From NCBI GenBank assembly GCA_951406725.2, contig OX597834.1:18600001-18664000 (forward strand): 64,000 bases of DNA, given 5' to 3'. A model generated the notes under the pieces. That model searched no databases. It was not told the DNA's origin and saw only the letters and a list, made by a program, of their open reading frames with translations. Positions 39,778-52,876 of the stretch are shown one piece after another; the stretch's first letter is position 1, and every line of letters begins with the position of its first letter. The position numbers were made by a program, and so were the translations under genes. This DNA comes from Octopus vulgaris (lineage: Eukaryota).

Positions 39778-39813
39778 CTTTCTGTTGAAGAGCATAGGCT
39801 CGAAACGTAAAAG
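39778..39813 (+). ncRNA. Hammerhead-like motif with non-canonical core (CTGTTGA) in a PLE-like repeat
   Basis: cttt-CTGTTGA-a-gagc(atag)gctc-GAAACGTA-aaag; stems I and II pair perfectly and stem III is the ACGT palindrome. Confidence 0.6.
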
Positions 39814-39938
39814 ACTTTCTCACCTTCCCAAGCGTCAAACTAATACACCTGCTTGTTGCTTATCTACCTGTCTTCGGCTTACGTTTTTCTGTAAATTTCA
39901 AGCATATATATGTGCGTGTGTGTGTGTGTGTGCGTGCG

Positions 39939-39980
<42 letters not shown>

Positions 39981-40246
39981 TTGTGTCTGTGTTTGTTTCC
40001 CCAACATCGCTTGACAACCGATGCTGGTGTGTTTACGTCCTCGTAACTTAGCGGTTCAGCAAAAGTGGCCGGTAGAATAAGTACTAGGCTTACAAAGAGT
40101 AAGTCCTGGGGTCGATGTGCTCGACTACAGGCGGTGCTCCGGCATGGCCGCAGTCAAATGACTGAAATAAGTAAAAGAATAAAAGAATATATCATCACAC
40201 ACACAAACCTATACATCATACACATATACGAATACACTCACATATG

Positions 40247-40292
<46 letters not shown>

Positions 40293-40641
40293 GATATTAG
40301 CCAACCGAATATGGCTAGGGACAGGGCAGGGTGGTGGGGGTGTCACTGTTGCATTTAGCCCCAGGCGAACATCAACGTCACCAGATAGGCCTGACGCCAT
40401 CACGGCGCCCTCTATCTTGCAAAGGGAGATCACCCACCAAGAAGCCGATACCACACACGGACCTAGGTTTCAAGGTGTTTTGCCTATTATCAACGTGTGG
40501 TAGGCATATACATGTATGTGTATATGTGTATGTTTATGTGTGTGTCTACGTGTGTACGTGCATGCGTGGGTGCTTGTATGTATGCTTGTGTGCGTTCGTG
40601 TGCATATGCACTAGTGTGAGTGCGCGCGTGTCTGTGCTTAC

Positions 40642-40830
40642 CCAGTACGGTATCGGCACTGTCTTCTTGAAAAGTTTGCTTCTGGACGAGTTTCCCATCG
40701 GAAAATGTCTGCACAGTTCGAGAGGAAGTGGAATATGTTTTGGTAACAATGGATTGTTTTTGACCGGTAGGATTTGAAGTACCATCTCTCTCTGGGAAAG
40801 ACATCATGAATGGTATTCCTGGGAAATTTA
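40642..40830 (-). CDS. Exon of the minus-strand gene (..NFPGIPFMMSFPERDGTSNPTGQKQSIVTKTYSTSSRTVQTFSDGKLVQKQTFQEDSADTVL-G)
   Basis: Acceptor tttttctcgcttttccag| and donor CTGG|gtaagc (phase 1); open frame. The ATG at 40807 may be the start codon. Confidence 0.78.
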
Positions 40831-40856
40831 CTGGAAAAGCGAGAAAAATTGAATAG

Positions 40857-40879
40857 TAATTATGATGATGATGATGATG

Positions 40880-40962
<83 letters not shown>

Positions 40963-41008
40963 AATAACAATAATAATAATAATAATAATAATGATGATAA
41001 TAATGATG

Positions 41009-41062
<54 letters not shown>
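40857..41062. repeat. (GAT)n/(AAT)n array
   Basis: Visible trinucleotide runs. Confidence 0.95.
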
Positions 41063-41064
<2 letters not shown>

Positions 41065-41810
41065 CACATCGACAGTAGACGAACTAAACAGCTTAGACAG
41101 AAAGACAAGGATGTTGCTGACTAGGTATGGGATACTTTACCCAAAACGTGACACAGAGAGACTTTATGTACCAAGAGAAAGAGGGGAAGAGGACTGATCG
41201 GATGCGAACACAGCATTAGAGCAGAAGAAAACAACATGGCATGGTATGTAAAAAATGCCACAGAACCACTATTATTGGAAGTAAGAAGGTCAGGCTTGCG
41301 TAGGATGGAAGATTGCAAAGGTAAAGCACTGTACAAGCACTTGAGAATGAATGAAACTGAAAATAGGTGGATAAAGAAAAGAATGCATGGACGATTTCAT
41401 AAGGCTGTTGAAGATAAGACAGACAGAGAAAAAAATATGGCTATGGATGACTAAAAGTGATTTAAAACCAGAGCAAACATTAAGAAGCAATTACATCGAA
41501 TACAGAATAGACAACACATCAGAAAAAAGATAAGTGCAGAATTTGTGGACAAAATGGTGAAACCGTATGGCATATTACCAGTCAATGTACGCCACTAGCC
41601 CAGAAAGAATATAAGAGACGTTATGACAATATAGCAAGGATTGTCCATTGGACACTTTGCAACAAGTATGGATGTGACAGAGCAAAAAAACTGGTACGAA
41701 CATAAACCCGAAGGGATCATCGAAAATCATAATGCAAAGATCCCATGGGATTTTATCATTCAGTGCGACCATGAGATAGAGAATAGGAAGCCAGACTGTT
41801 AATTGAGAAA
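41063..41810 (+). mobile_element. R4/Dong-clade LINE fragment
   Basis: LDRKTRMLLT..RLYVPRERG.RGL; MHGRF; CCHC knuckle CRICGQNGETVWHITSQC; ..WDFIIQCDHEIENRKPD; begins directly after (AAT)n. Confidence 0.85.
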
Positions 41811-41831
41811 TTCATTATATGAACGGCAACG

Positions 41832-42240
41832 TTATTTAATATTATGGCCAGGTTCCAACTCGGGCCACCACACCTCTCGGTCCATCATCATTGTCTCGAG
41901 GTCCTGGATACAGCCCAGGCCAGTGTCTGCAGTCAAGCCGTTCATGTAAATGTGACAACATTTCCCCCTTCTAACATCACTATGAAATGGGTTCCACATG
42001 GCTAATTTGGATGCTTCTCGTCCAGGGTGGCGCACGCACTGACCAGATAGTTGCAACCGTCTTTGCCTGATCTTTTCGTTAACTTTCCAAAAAGGCATTC
42101 ATTTGTCATATGCTGCTGCCATTCGTAGCATCCTTGTGTAGCAACCATTTATATCCGTTTAATAATTCCTTTATCAGTGTCCATGTTTCCGTTGCCATCT
42201 TTAACTTTGAGCTCAGGTCGAGAGTTTGGACAAAGTCCTA
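41832..42240 (-). mobile_element. RTE-X-like LINE fragment
   Basis: KIRQRRLQLSGQCVRHP..ASKLAMWNP..DTGL..MMDREVW. Confidence 0.75.
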
Positions 42241-42316
42241 TTTCCTGTGGGAAATTTCAGAAATGACAGATTGACTGAGTGATGGGGGTGGGGGATTACT
42301 CTTCGAACATCCACTG

Positions 42317-42376
<60 letters not shown>

Positions 42377-43478
42377 TCTCTCTCTCCGACAAAGAGACAG
42401 TTCTAAAACATCTGATTCCTCTTCTCCCCCACTCAGAAACCTCTCAGTATATTTTTTTACAGACACAGACCACCATCACAATCATCTCCATAGCAACCAT
42501 TACCAAAACCACGACGATCCGCCACCCCCACCCCCGTCGCCGCCGCCACCACCACCACTATTATACCCCCCCACCGCTACCACTACCACTACCACTACCT
42601 CTACCTCTATCGGGTTCCGGTTTTCTACTCAGTTTATACTTTAACAAATATGTTCCTCAGTTCAGTTTAAGTGGTCAAAGTATATCGTTCCCCACCCTAC
42701 CACCTCCGTTCTTTTGTCTGTCTGTCTGTCTGTCTGTCTCTTTCTCTCTCCCTCTCTTTCTCTTCTCTCTCACTTTCTTTTGTTCATTTCTTATACCATC
42801 AATATTAATCGATTTCAGTGTCCCAGGAGAGTCTCTACGTGGTCACAAAACCTCCTCGAAATAACAGCTAAATCTCTAGGAAGTGTCACCCTAGCCCCTT
42901 AGAAAAAAAAGAAAAGATGGTGTTGGATATATTGGATAGCGAAGTACTAGATGTTACAATAGATAGGATGGTCACGGCTGGAGTGCAAATGACATCCAAT
43001 CGGCTCGCTCAGGGTTGACATTAGCCAAAAATACAAAAAGAAAAAAATATAACAGCAGCAAAATGCAAAAAAAAAAGATAAATAAATTTTAAATAATAAT
43101 AATCAATGAACCTACAGTTTGTAGTAGTGTCCATAAAATCGATATCAGATCAATACAAAGTCAATATAAATATACTGACAATGTATACGGCTAGCTGCTT
43201 TATGAATTAAAGCGAGAAGTATATTTTATATTCAATAAAAATAAACGCATTTTTTAAACGTATTTGTTACAGAAAAGCTGTAATTAGATCAAAAGAGAAG
43301 GAGAGAGAAAGGCAGAGAGGTAGAAAGAGATAGATAGATAGAGAGAGAGAGCAGAAAGAAGGAGAGAGAGAGGGAGAGGAAAAGAGAGACAGAGCGGAGT
43401 TATGAAGAAAGAAGTACTTTAATTCAAGAACAGTTGTTAAATAAATGCGTGCACAGCACTCACACACATGCATGCACG

Positions 43479-43555
<77 letters not shown>

Positions 43556-43873
43556 CCATTCACACATGCACACGTTTAGTGTTGACTGTCGGAATAAGAT
43601 GTACTCAATAACACAGTAGGCAATACTATTTTTACTGTGGTGGGATCAGTTTCTCATATTATCTATTTGGGCGCAAGCGTGGCTGTATAGGAGCAGGCGT
43701 GGCTGTATCGGCGCAAGAGTAGCTGTGTGGTAAGAGGTTTGCTTCCCAGTTACATTGTTCCGGGTTCAGTTCCACTGTGTGGCACCTTAGGCAAATGTCT
43801 TCTACTACAGCCTTGGGCCGACCAAAATCCTTCTGGGTGGATTTGGTAGACGGAAACTGAAAGAATCCCGTCG

Positions 43874-43944
<71 letters not shown>

Positions 43945-44416
43945 AAGTTGAATGATATTCCATCCTTTTACTTTGGAGGGTTCCAAGAAAAACGATTTCT
44001 GATAAAGATTCTTCATATTTTGCTGGTAACTTACTGGCGTAAGTTTGCGATTATGAAAATAATTCTTATAAATGGTGTGTCATCAGAATTTATGGAAAGG
44101 TATCCCATAGAATTCAACAAATTTGTTAAAAATGGAGAAGAGATGTTAAAATTTGAAAGAATTTTAATACATGCATACGATCGTTTCAAACAGCGATATT
44201 AACATGTAAATTCATGGTAGAGTAATTTAGATTAATTTGATTAAATTAAATTAATTACATATCACTGTTTTCCTCAGTGCGAGAAGTATAAACAAAAAAT
44301 TATTATTACAGAGGACTTGATGAAAGAAATAGCAGAGAACAAATTCGGATAAACATATTTATCCTTATGAAAACTGAGAGCATCATAATAAAGAATGTGA
44401 GTCTAGTTGTGTATAA

Positions 44417-44837
44417 ACTAATATATATATATAAAGCTGAAGTTGTGTGTGTGTGGCAGGTTTGGTAGCTTTCAACTAACACTATCTCCTCCGAGAACCT
44501 ACGGCGCAAGTTGACCAAGATTGAGAGTATGATAGAAGACTTGCTCTTCATTCCGTAGAAGAAAAAATTCAAATCGGATCATGTTAAGACCAAAACTTAT
44601 TTACATCAAAAAGGTGCTATTTTCTATGAAAATCCCTATTTTTTACGATTTTTTGACTGCTGTGTCGCCATTTTTCGGTGTATTTCAACCAGAAAAATGT
44701 TCACTTAAGAGAATAACAAGCTACATAATGCCAAATTTTTACTTTTCAAAAAAAGATTGAAACTATGTCAAAACTTTGTTAACGTTTTTAAGCGCAACTA
44801 AAAAGCAAACCCGTGCAACGCCGGGCTATACTGCTAG
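44417..44837 (+). mobile_element. Non-autonomous Helitron
   Basis: 3' hairpin cccgtgcaacgccggg followed by CTAG|T; 5' end ctaatatatatatataaagctgaag. Confidence 0.7.
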
Positions 44838-44859
44838 TATATATATATATATATATATA

Positions 44860-45164
44860 TCACATGATCACGTGACCGACCAGACCATCAGATGTTGTTA
44901 CACATCGCTGGTCACAATGCGTTCGCATTGTTTTAGCCTTCGAATGACGACACCCCGCTGGCTAAGCGAGCAGGCCAGCAGAAGAAAGAGTGGGAGAAAA
45001 GTGGTGAAAAAGTACAGCAGGGATCACCACCCCCTGCCGGAACCTCGTGGAGCTTTTTAGGTGTTTTCGCTCAATAAACACTCACAACGCCCGGCCTGGG
45101 AATCGAAACCGCGATCCTACGACCGCGAGTCTGCTGCCCTAACCACTGGGCCATTGCGCCTCCA
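44860..45164 (-). mobile_element. SINE family C (tail type 2)
   Basis: Reverse complement of the 19677-19985 type. Confidence 0.9.
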
Positions 45165-45168
45165 CATA

Positions 45169-45235
<67 letters not shown>

Positions 45236-45445
45236 TAAAGGAAAACGTGTGTGTGTGTGTCTGGTTGTGTATCTGTACGTGTCTTTATGTTTGTGCTTGT
45301 CCTCTTACAAACTGACAACCCGTGTTGGTTGTCTACGTTCCCGTAGCGTATTGGGCCGGCAATAAGAGACCGATAGAATAAGTATCGGCTTAAAAAGTGC
45401 CCCAGCAGGGCCACAGTCGAATGATTGAAACAAGTAAAAGACAAG

Positions 45446-45535
<90 letters not shown>

Positions 45536-45949
45536 ATATATAAATACGTACATGCGCACGCACACACACATACACACCCACACACACGGCATGTATGTAT
45601 ATTACATTGTAGAAGTATCACGGACAACGGAAAATAACAAAGGAATAACGGACAAGCATATGCTGTTTATAGTAATTAATTTTACGTTATAAGAAAGGCA
45701 TGATTGTGAATTTGACGTTTCAGATCATTGCCCCGCAGCAAGAGATAAAATAAAGGTTTGACGGATGTCTCAGAAGATGGAGAAAGGAAAGAGTGTAAGT
45801 GAATCTGCTAAATTTCTGTAATGAATCTGGTAATGGCTAGTAAACTGAAACTTAGATGCTATACATACATACATGCATGCATACATACATACATGCATTG
45901 GCGATTTTTTTCCTCTGTCTTCCCTTCTCTGGATCTTTCCTTCTCCTAC

Positions 45950-45984
45950 GTTTCCGACGAAGAGCTCCGCTCGAAACGTTAAAC
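45950..45984 (+). ncRNA. Hammerhead-like motif with non-canonical core (CCGACGA) in a PLE-like repeat
   Basis: gttt-CCGACGA-a-gagc(tcc)gctc-GAAACGTT-aaac. Confidence 0.6.
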
Positions 45985-46737
45985 CCTCCTTTCATTCTTT
46001 CCTGAGAGTCCAATAATACTATATTTGTTCCACGTCCTCGCGTTGTTGTGTTTTTTTTTTTTTGTGCTTTCTTGTTTGGATTAACTTTACATACATGCAT
46101 ACATACATTAGATACATACATACATACATTAGATACATACATACGTACATACATACGTACATACATACATACATACACATATGCATATACTAACACATAC
46201 ACACACACAAATCATTTTATCATTTACTTGCTTTAGGCTTTGGACTGCGGCCATGCTGGGGTACCACGTTGAAGAATTTTAGTCGAACGAATCAATCCTA
46301 GTACTTATTTTTTTAAACCTGGTATTTATTTTATCACTTTCTTTTGCTGAACTGCTAAGTTACGGGGGATGTAAGCACACCATCACCGGTTCTCAGGCTG
46401 TGCTGAGGGTCAAACACAGACACACACAATCACACCATATATATATACGACGGGCTTCACTCAGTTTCCGTCAACCCAATCCACTCACAAGGCTTTGGTA
46501 GGCCCGAGACTATATTTACGTGTGTGTATACATGTAGTAAATAACATACGATCAGAATATAATACTAACGGTTTAGTAGGTAAAACTAAAACCCAGATAT
46601 GTAAAATAAAGCACCCACCTTTGAGAAGAAAAATACAAGCTTTTGTTTTGTTGAGGACGATGTGAACGTTTGGTCAAATCGGTGGCCTGCCTAGCGTGAA
46701 GCAATTTACGTTGGTTCGTTTTGTTACTATCTCTTAC

Positions 46738-46864
46738 AAGTGAAACTGCTCTTCAGAAATATTTCAGATTTAATCCTCGGAATCTTTCATCCACTTAAAA
46801 CACCCACTGAAGTACAAGTTTCGTGACTGAGTGTGGCGAATCTGCGCTTCTCTTGCTCTATATA
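46738..46864 (-). promoter_or_regulatory. Candidate TATA/Inr promoter and non-coding first exon
   Basis: Minus strand TATATAG (46864-46858), Inr-like TCAGTC (46830-46825), donor CTT|gtaaga at 46738; TATA-to-Inr spacing is slightly long. Confidence 0.3.
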
Positions 46865-48074
46865 ATTTCAATAATTTGCGCCTCTCCACCCCTCGCTTTT
46901 ACGCTGTTGCCCATTTTAAGACGAGCAATCAAACATCTGTTATGAACAAAGGACAACACGTGGCAACAATACACAAAATCGGATCCGTGTCGAGTGGTCA
47001 TATTTATATATATATATATATAAGTGTATATGCTTATAGACATAAAAATCATTGCAATGAATTTAATACATTCTATTTAAACATACATACATTAATGTAC
47101 ACTCCCATGTTCAGACTCATGAACACACGCGCACTTACATACATGTGTGTGTGTGCGTGTGTGTGTGAAAGAGAGAGAGTGTGTGTGCGTATGTATGTGT
47201 GTGCATGAGCGTGCGTATATGCATGTGCATGTATGTGTGTGTGTAGGTATGTTACTCTTCAAGTCGGAATTTTACTGTTTGCCTTATATGACAAGCTGTC
47301 GTTCTTTGCGCAATCACATACATACATACATACATACATACATACATACATACATACATACATACATACATACATTATATTATATATATACATACATACA
47401 TAAATGCATACATGCATACATACAAACATAAGTACACGCGTGTGTGCATGTGTAAGGACTGGAGGATACTTATGTTCACAAATCGAGAAAAACCTATTCA
47501 TTGCATGAAATACAATTCTATATAATTTTTAGAAGTTAAAACTGCTTGAATAGTTACTCAGTTTTCAACAATTACCAAAGACAAGGAGGGAACCATATCA
47601 TGTATCTGTGCCGTCGTGCTAACCGTTACACCAAGGAGTCTCCAACAATTTTCAGCCGTCAAAATTAGAAGCTTCAACTGCATAACCGAGAAAGCGAGTT
47701 AGTTTGATTTGGCTGGTTTGGGACGTTAGGAAATTCTCAAATTCAATTGAAACTATAAACTGTAGCTCATAATTCATCAGTTATATAACCGCTTAGCGTC
47801 GGTTGACCTGGACGTGCAGCGGGTTGTATTAGATGATATACATACAGAAACTAGTGGCCTTACATATCTCAGCCAGTGAGAAGGTTTCGATTAAACCTCA
47901 ATGATCTAAAGAATTATAGATTACGAAACATATTGGGGGGACTGATTCATTTCATAATTGTCTTTTATTCGAAACGTACAGCAAGATGTATTAGAGGATA
48001 CACTCTATAACAAACATTCAGTGGCCTTACAGATCCCAGTTCGTCTTCATCGATGATTCAATAATCAATAAATG

Positions 48075-48320
48075 AAGGCAGCGAGCTGGCAGGAAATTTA
48101 GCACGCTGGGCGAAATGCTCAGCGGTATTTCGCCCGTGTAATGCTCAGCGGTATTTCGCCCGTGTTCACATTCTGAGTTCAAATTCCGTCGAGGTCGACT
48201 TTGCCTTTCATCCTTTCGGGGTCGATAAATTAAGTACCAGTGGCGTTCTGGAGTTGATCTAATCGACTGGCCCCACCTTCCCCCAAATTTCGAGCTTTGT
48301 GCCTAGAGTAGAAAAGAACA
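48075..48320 (+). mobile_element. SINE family A monomer with a small internal duplication
   Basis: aatgctcagcggtatttcgcccgtgt occurs twice in tandem. Confidence 0.85.
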
Positions 48321-48714
48321 ATTAATAAATGACTGGGAGTATTAGCTAATTGGGTATTTTCGTAAATAAGAGTTGGCACAAAAGCGAAGGACGCTGGATC
48401 AAACAATTCGCAGCTAGAAACCACCACCTCCGGCACAATTGCCGCCGCCGCCTCCATTGCCACCACCACCACCACCACCACCACCACCACCACCATCACA
48501 ACCACCACAAACACCACCACCGCCGCCGCCACCACCACCACCACCACCACCACCACCATTTCCCCCAGGTTCCTGTTTTCTACTCGGCTTTATATTTTAA
48601 CGCCTATGTTCTCGAATTCATTTGAAGTGGTCTAACACAGCTCATCGTTCTCCATCCAGCCACCCACGCTTTTCTGTCTGTCTGTCTGTTTGTATGTTTG
48701 CCTTTTATCTTCTG

Positions 48715-49160
48715 CCTTTTACTTGGGGCACCGCCTTGAAGAATTTTTAGTCGAATGAATCGACCCCCAATACTTAATTCTCTTCTTTTTAAAAGCCTGG
48801 TGCTTATTCTGCCTTTTTCTTTTGCCGAACCGCTAAGTTAAGGGGATGTTAAACACACCAATACCAGTTGACAAGCGGTGGCGGGTGACAAAACATACAC
48901 ACACACACACACAGACACTAACATACATACACACACACACACACACTCACACACACACATACACACACACACTCACATACACACACACACCCAACACGGA
49001 CTTCTTTCAGTTTCCGTCTACCAAATCCACTCTCCAAGATTTGATCGGCCCGAGGCTGTAGCAAAAGAAACCTTCTCAAGGTACCACGCAATGGGGGACT
49101 GAACCCGCAACCACGTGATTGGAAAGCAACCTTCTCACCCACCCAGCCACTCCTGCACCT
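48715..49160 (-). mobile_element. SINE family B
   Basis: Degenerate full-length copy. Confidence 0.8.
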
Positions 49161-49954
49161 CTTCACTCTCTCTTTCGCTCTTCCTCTCTCTTCTACTCTG
49201 TCCACTCCGCTCGTTTTACACAGAATCGTTGTTTAAAATGCATGACTGAATAACAGAAAGTTATTTCTTATCAGCAAAAAAGATTAACCCAAAGACGAAG
49301 GTACACACTTTTTTATCGAATCGATCTGATTTGCTTCCAATCCTGTTTGACTCATGATTATAAATGATATACAGACGATAAACACTGTTTAAAGTTGCAA
49401 GCGACACTAAGTTATACAACCAGGCGATTTATCTTAGAAGAAGGCAAGAAGAAAACTTTACATAATACAAACATGATACGGGTTTAAACAAATGTTCTAT
49501 TACTATTGTTATAGTGGTTATATGTTGATATTTTCATGTTGACTTTCCTTTGGTTCATTATAAGCATGAATTTTTTTATCAATGCAGAAAAGCTTGAAAA
49601 GTTTACAAAAAAATGTAAGGTTCATACTTCATACACTCAAATCTGTGTGGTATTCTTTGCCGCTTAGTGTGTGATTATTGTTTCTCTGGAAAGTGGCTCT
49701 TGCGGTCAAAGAAGGGATGTACACTTGAAGATTTCTCAAAAAATACACACAAAGCGTGAAATTGAGGACGTAGTTTCAAACCTGATTGCGATGTTTTGTA
49801 AGACAAATTTTTTATTACGCAGCATCGTGGTATCATTTCACATATAAAGTGTCTTGCTCAAGAACACAACACACAGTCCGGTGCGGGAATCGAACTCACT
49901 ACCTCATGATTGCGAGCCCGATACTCTAGCCACTAAGCTATGTGCCTTTTAACA

Positions 49955-49991
<37 letters not shown>

Positions 49992-50147
49992 ACAAAAATG
50001 ACACAATAATCGTCTCGACCTGATAATAGCCTACAGGCGGAAACGTTCGTTGTAGCAATTCTCAAATAAAAATGTATAAAACTATACCGACTGATACAGT
50101 ATGCGGATTAGATTATTTAATAAGGCTCTCAGCAGACTTTCAGCTAT

Positions 50148-50203
<56 letters not shown>

Positions 50204-50464
50204 CGCTTTCACACACATATACACATGCATCACACACAACATACACACACATTTACACACCAATACACATACACTACAGTGAAAATTGGTATATTGAAAC
50301 TGATATAGAAGTAATTTTAAAGTTTAATCACGAAGGAGTTCATGAAATTAAATTAGAGATATCTAAAGTGGAGTTAATCATGTTTGCTGTTTTAATAATG
50401 TAGATTGTCACCCAAATAGGACAGTTTGAAAATTATACAATACGACATATTGTATAATAAATTA

Positions 50465-50823
50465 GTGGAGGCGGTCATAGGATCGCGGTTTCGATTCCCA
50501 GACCGGGCGTTGTGAGTGTTTATTGAGCGAAAAAACCTAAAAAGCTCCACGCGGCTCCGGCAGGGGATGGTGGTGATCCCTGCTGTACTCTTTCACCACA
50601 ACTTTCTCTCACTCTTACTTCCTGTTTCTGTTGTACCTGTATTTCAAAGGGCCGGTCTTGTCACTCTCTGTGTCACGCTGAATATCCCCGAGAACTACGT
50701 TAAGGGTACACGTGTCTGTGGAGTGCTCAGCCACTTACACGTTAATTTCACGAGCAGGCTGTTCCGTTGATTCGGATCAACCGGAACCCTCGTCGTCGTA
50801 ACCGACGGAGTGCTTCCATTCCA
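50465..50823 (+). mobile_element. SINE family C (tail type 1) with a deletion in the A-box region
   Basis: tggaggcg joined directly to gtcataggatcgc; remainder nearly identical to 33216-33604. Confidence 0.9.
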
Positions 50824-51184
50824 TAATTAATTAAATGATTATATAACTGCAGCCCATCTGAGAAATGCGCTCCGAAGTGGCATGGATGCTGCAGCGAGTG
50901 TCGCGGCAACGCAGCAACGCCATCGCAGCAACGCAGCGATGCAATCGCGGCAACGTCATCGCGGTCAAGTCCGCAGGGCATGGTTGAATACGCCATTTGT
51001 TTTAGGGTGTAACTCTCTTCCACCTCGCATCTTCTCCAGCTTAATGAACTCCACTTTATTTATTATTATTTTTTTTTTTGCTTTTTTTTGTTTCCTTGTA
51101 ATTAAGTTGTGATTCAATTTTTATGTTTATAAAACTAATTTTGTTTATGATAGAAATTAAACTTAATATATCAAAAGGTTCAAC

Positions 51185-51362
51185 CAGTAGTTCTTATAGT
51201 GCAGGAGTGGCTGTGTGGTAAGTAGCTTGCTTACCAACCACATGGTTCTGGGTTCAGTCCCACTGCGTGGCACCTTGGGCAAGTGTCTTCTACTATAGCC
51301 TCGGGCCGACCAAAGCCTTGTGAGTGGATTTGGTAGACGGAAACTGAAAGAAGCCCGTCGTA

Positions 51363-51400
<38 letters not shown>

Positions 51401-51941
51401 CGTGTATGTTTGTGTGTCTGTGTTTGTCTCCCTAGCATTGCTTGACAACCGATGCTGGTGTGTTTATGTCCCCGTCACTTAGCGGTTCGGCAAAACAGAC
51501 CGATAGAATAAGTACTGGGCTTACAAAGAATAAGTCCCGGGGTCGAGTTGCTCGATTAAAGGCGGTGCTCCAGCATGGCCGCAGTCAACTGATTGAAACA
51601 AGTAAAAGAGTAACCATTTTTTACTTATGGGCCCCTTTGATTACTGTTCTCTTCTGGTGGACCCGCAAAGCCATTCGACGTTTAAAAACTAGTTTTGTAG
51701 ATACTTCTTCCAAAATCCCGATTCTGTTTTTCACACAATAATTTGTGTTAGCTCAGCTATGTAAAACGTTTGAGAAAGAAATCAAAGTGTTTCTTACAAT
51801 AAATACATCCAAAGTAACATCTTTTTCGTGGACCCTTGATACACTACTACGGGTCCAATTTACTATTTTGCTGGTGTGGGCCCCCAAAACTCTTACACGC
51901 CCCCTCCCCGAGGTCATATGGATTCCGGTTAAGAACCACTG
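51185..51941. mobile_element. hAT MITE with nested SINE B (51197-51611)
   Basis: TIRs cagtagttctt...aagaaccactg; TSD ggttcaac/ggttagac (6/8). Confidence 0.75.
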
Positions 51942-52247
51942 GGTTAGACAAATGACATGCCTTTCCGAAATTCAGCAAAAATGCACCAGAACCTTTCCGT
52001 AGGATTGCAAAGAGAAGAGATGTCAGGTAGGGCTATTCCCAGTCTGTGTTGAGTGCAGAGGAATCTTTTGCGGTCAAAAATAGAGCCATTGGAGCAAGAG
52101 AAGGCAAAAGCGAAAAGAAGATGTGTATAGGATGGGAGAAGCAGCAGAAAAAAAAGTATCTTGGTGGTTATGAAGTAAGAGAGAAGAATTAAGTCAGAAG
52201 TCAAGAGGAGATGAGGATCAGTGATAGGACCATCTCTGCTGACTCAC

Positions 52248-52356
52248 CAACGGAAGGATGTCACAATTTAGAATTGAAATACACGATGTCGCTGGATGCG
52301 GTATCGCTTCCTCCAAGTCTAGGTCGCATTCGCCAAGATGAACGAAGGAGAAATAT
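52248..52356 (-). CDS. Candidate upstream exon (YFSFVHLGECDLDLEEAIPHPATSCISILNCDILPL)
   Basis: Donor TTG|gtgagt, acceptor catgtag|, one open frame; could be UTR or chance. Confidence 0.3.
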
Positions 52357-52811
52357 CTACATGTAGTCAATATCAGTAATGTATAGTTAAGGCGGCGAGC
52401 TGGCGGAGACGTTAGCAAGGTGGGCAAAATGCTTTGCAGCATTTCATCCGTCTTTACGTTCTGAGTTCAAATTCCGCCAGGGTTGCCTTTTACCCTCTTC
52501 GGGGGAGTCAATAAAATAAGTACCAGTTACGCACCGGGGTAGATGTAACTGACATTACCCTCTACGCCGGAATTGCTCGCCTTGTGCTAAAATTCGAAAT
52601 CAACGTTAGTAATATAGACTACGTAGTTCTCAGGGATATTCAGCGTGACACAGAGTGTAACAAGGTCGGCCCTTTGAAATACTCATTTCTGTTCACTGAG
52701 TGGAGTGTAGCAACGTGAGATAAAGTGTCTTGCTCAAGGACCCAACCGCTACCGGGAATCGAACAACCTAACCATCAGTAAGTCACGCGCCTTCACTTAC
52801 ATATATATGCT

Positions 52812-52876
<65 letters not shown>

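Noticed and set aside
47612-47640. tRNA-like 5' fragment (minus strand gactccttggtgtaacggttagcac)
   Set aside because: No anticodon arm, T arm or B box follows.
50016-50052. HHR-like cctgataatagcctacaggcggaaacgttcgttg
   Set aside because: G8 is replaced by A and the stem I/III register is ambiguous; probably a dead copy.
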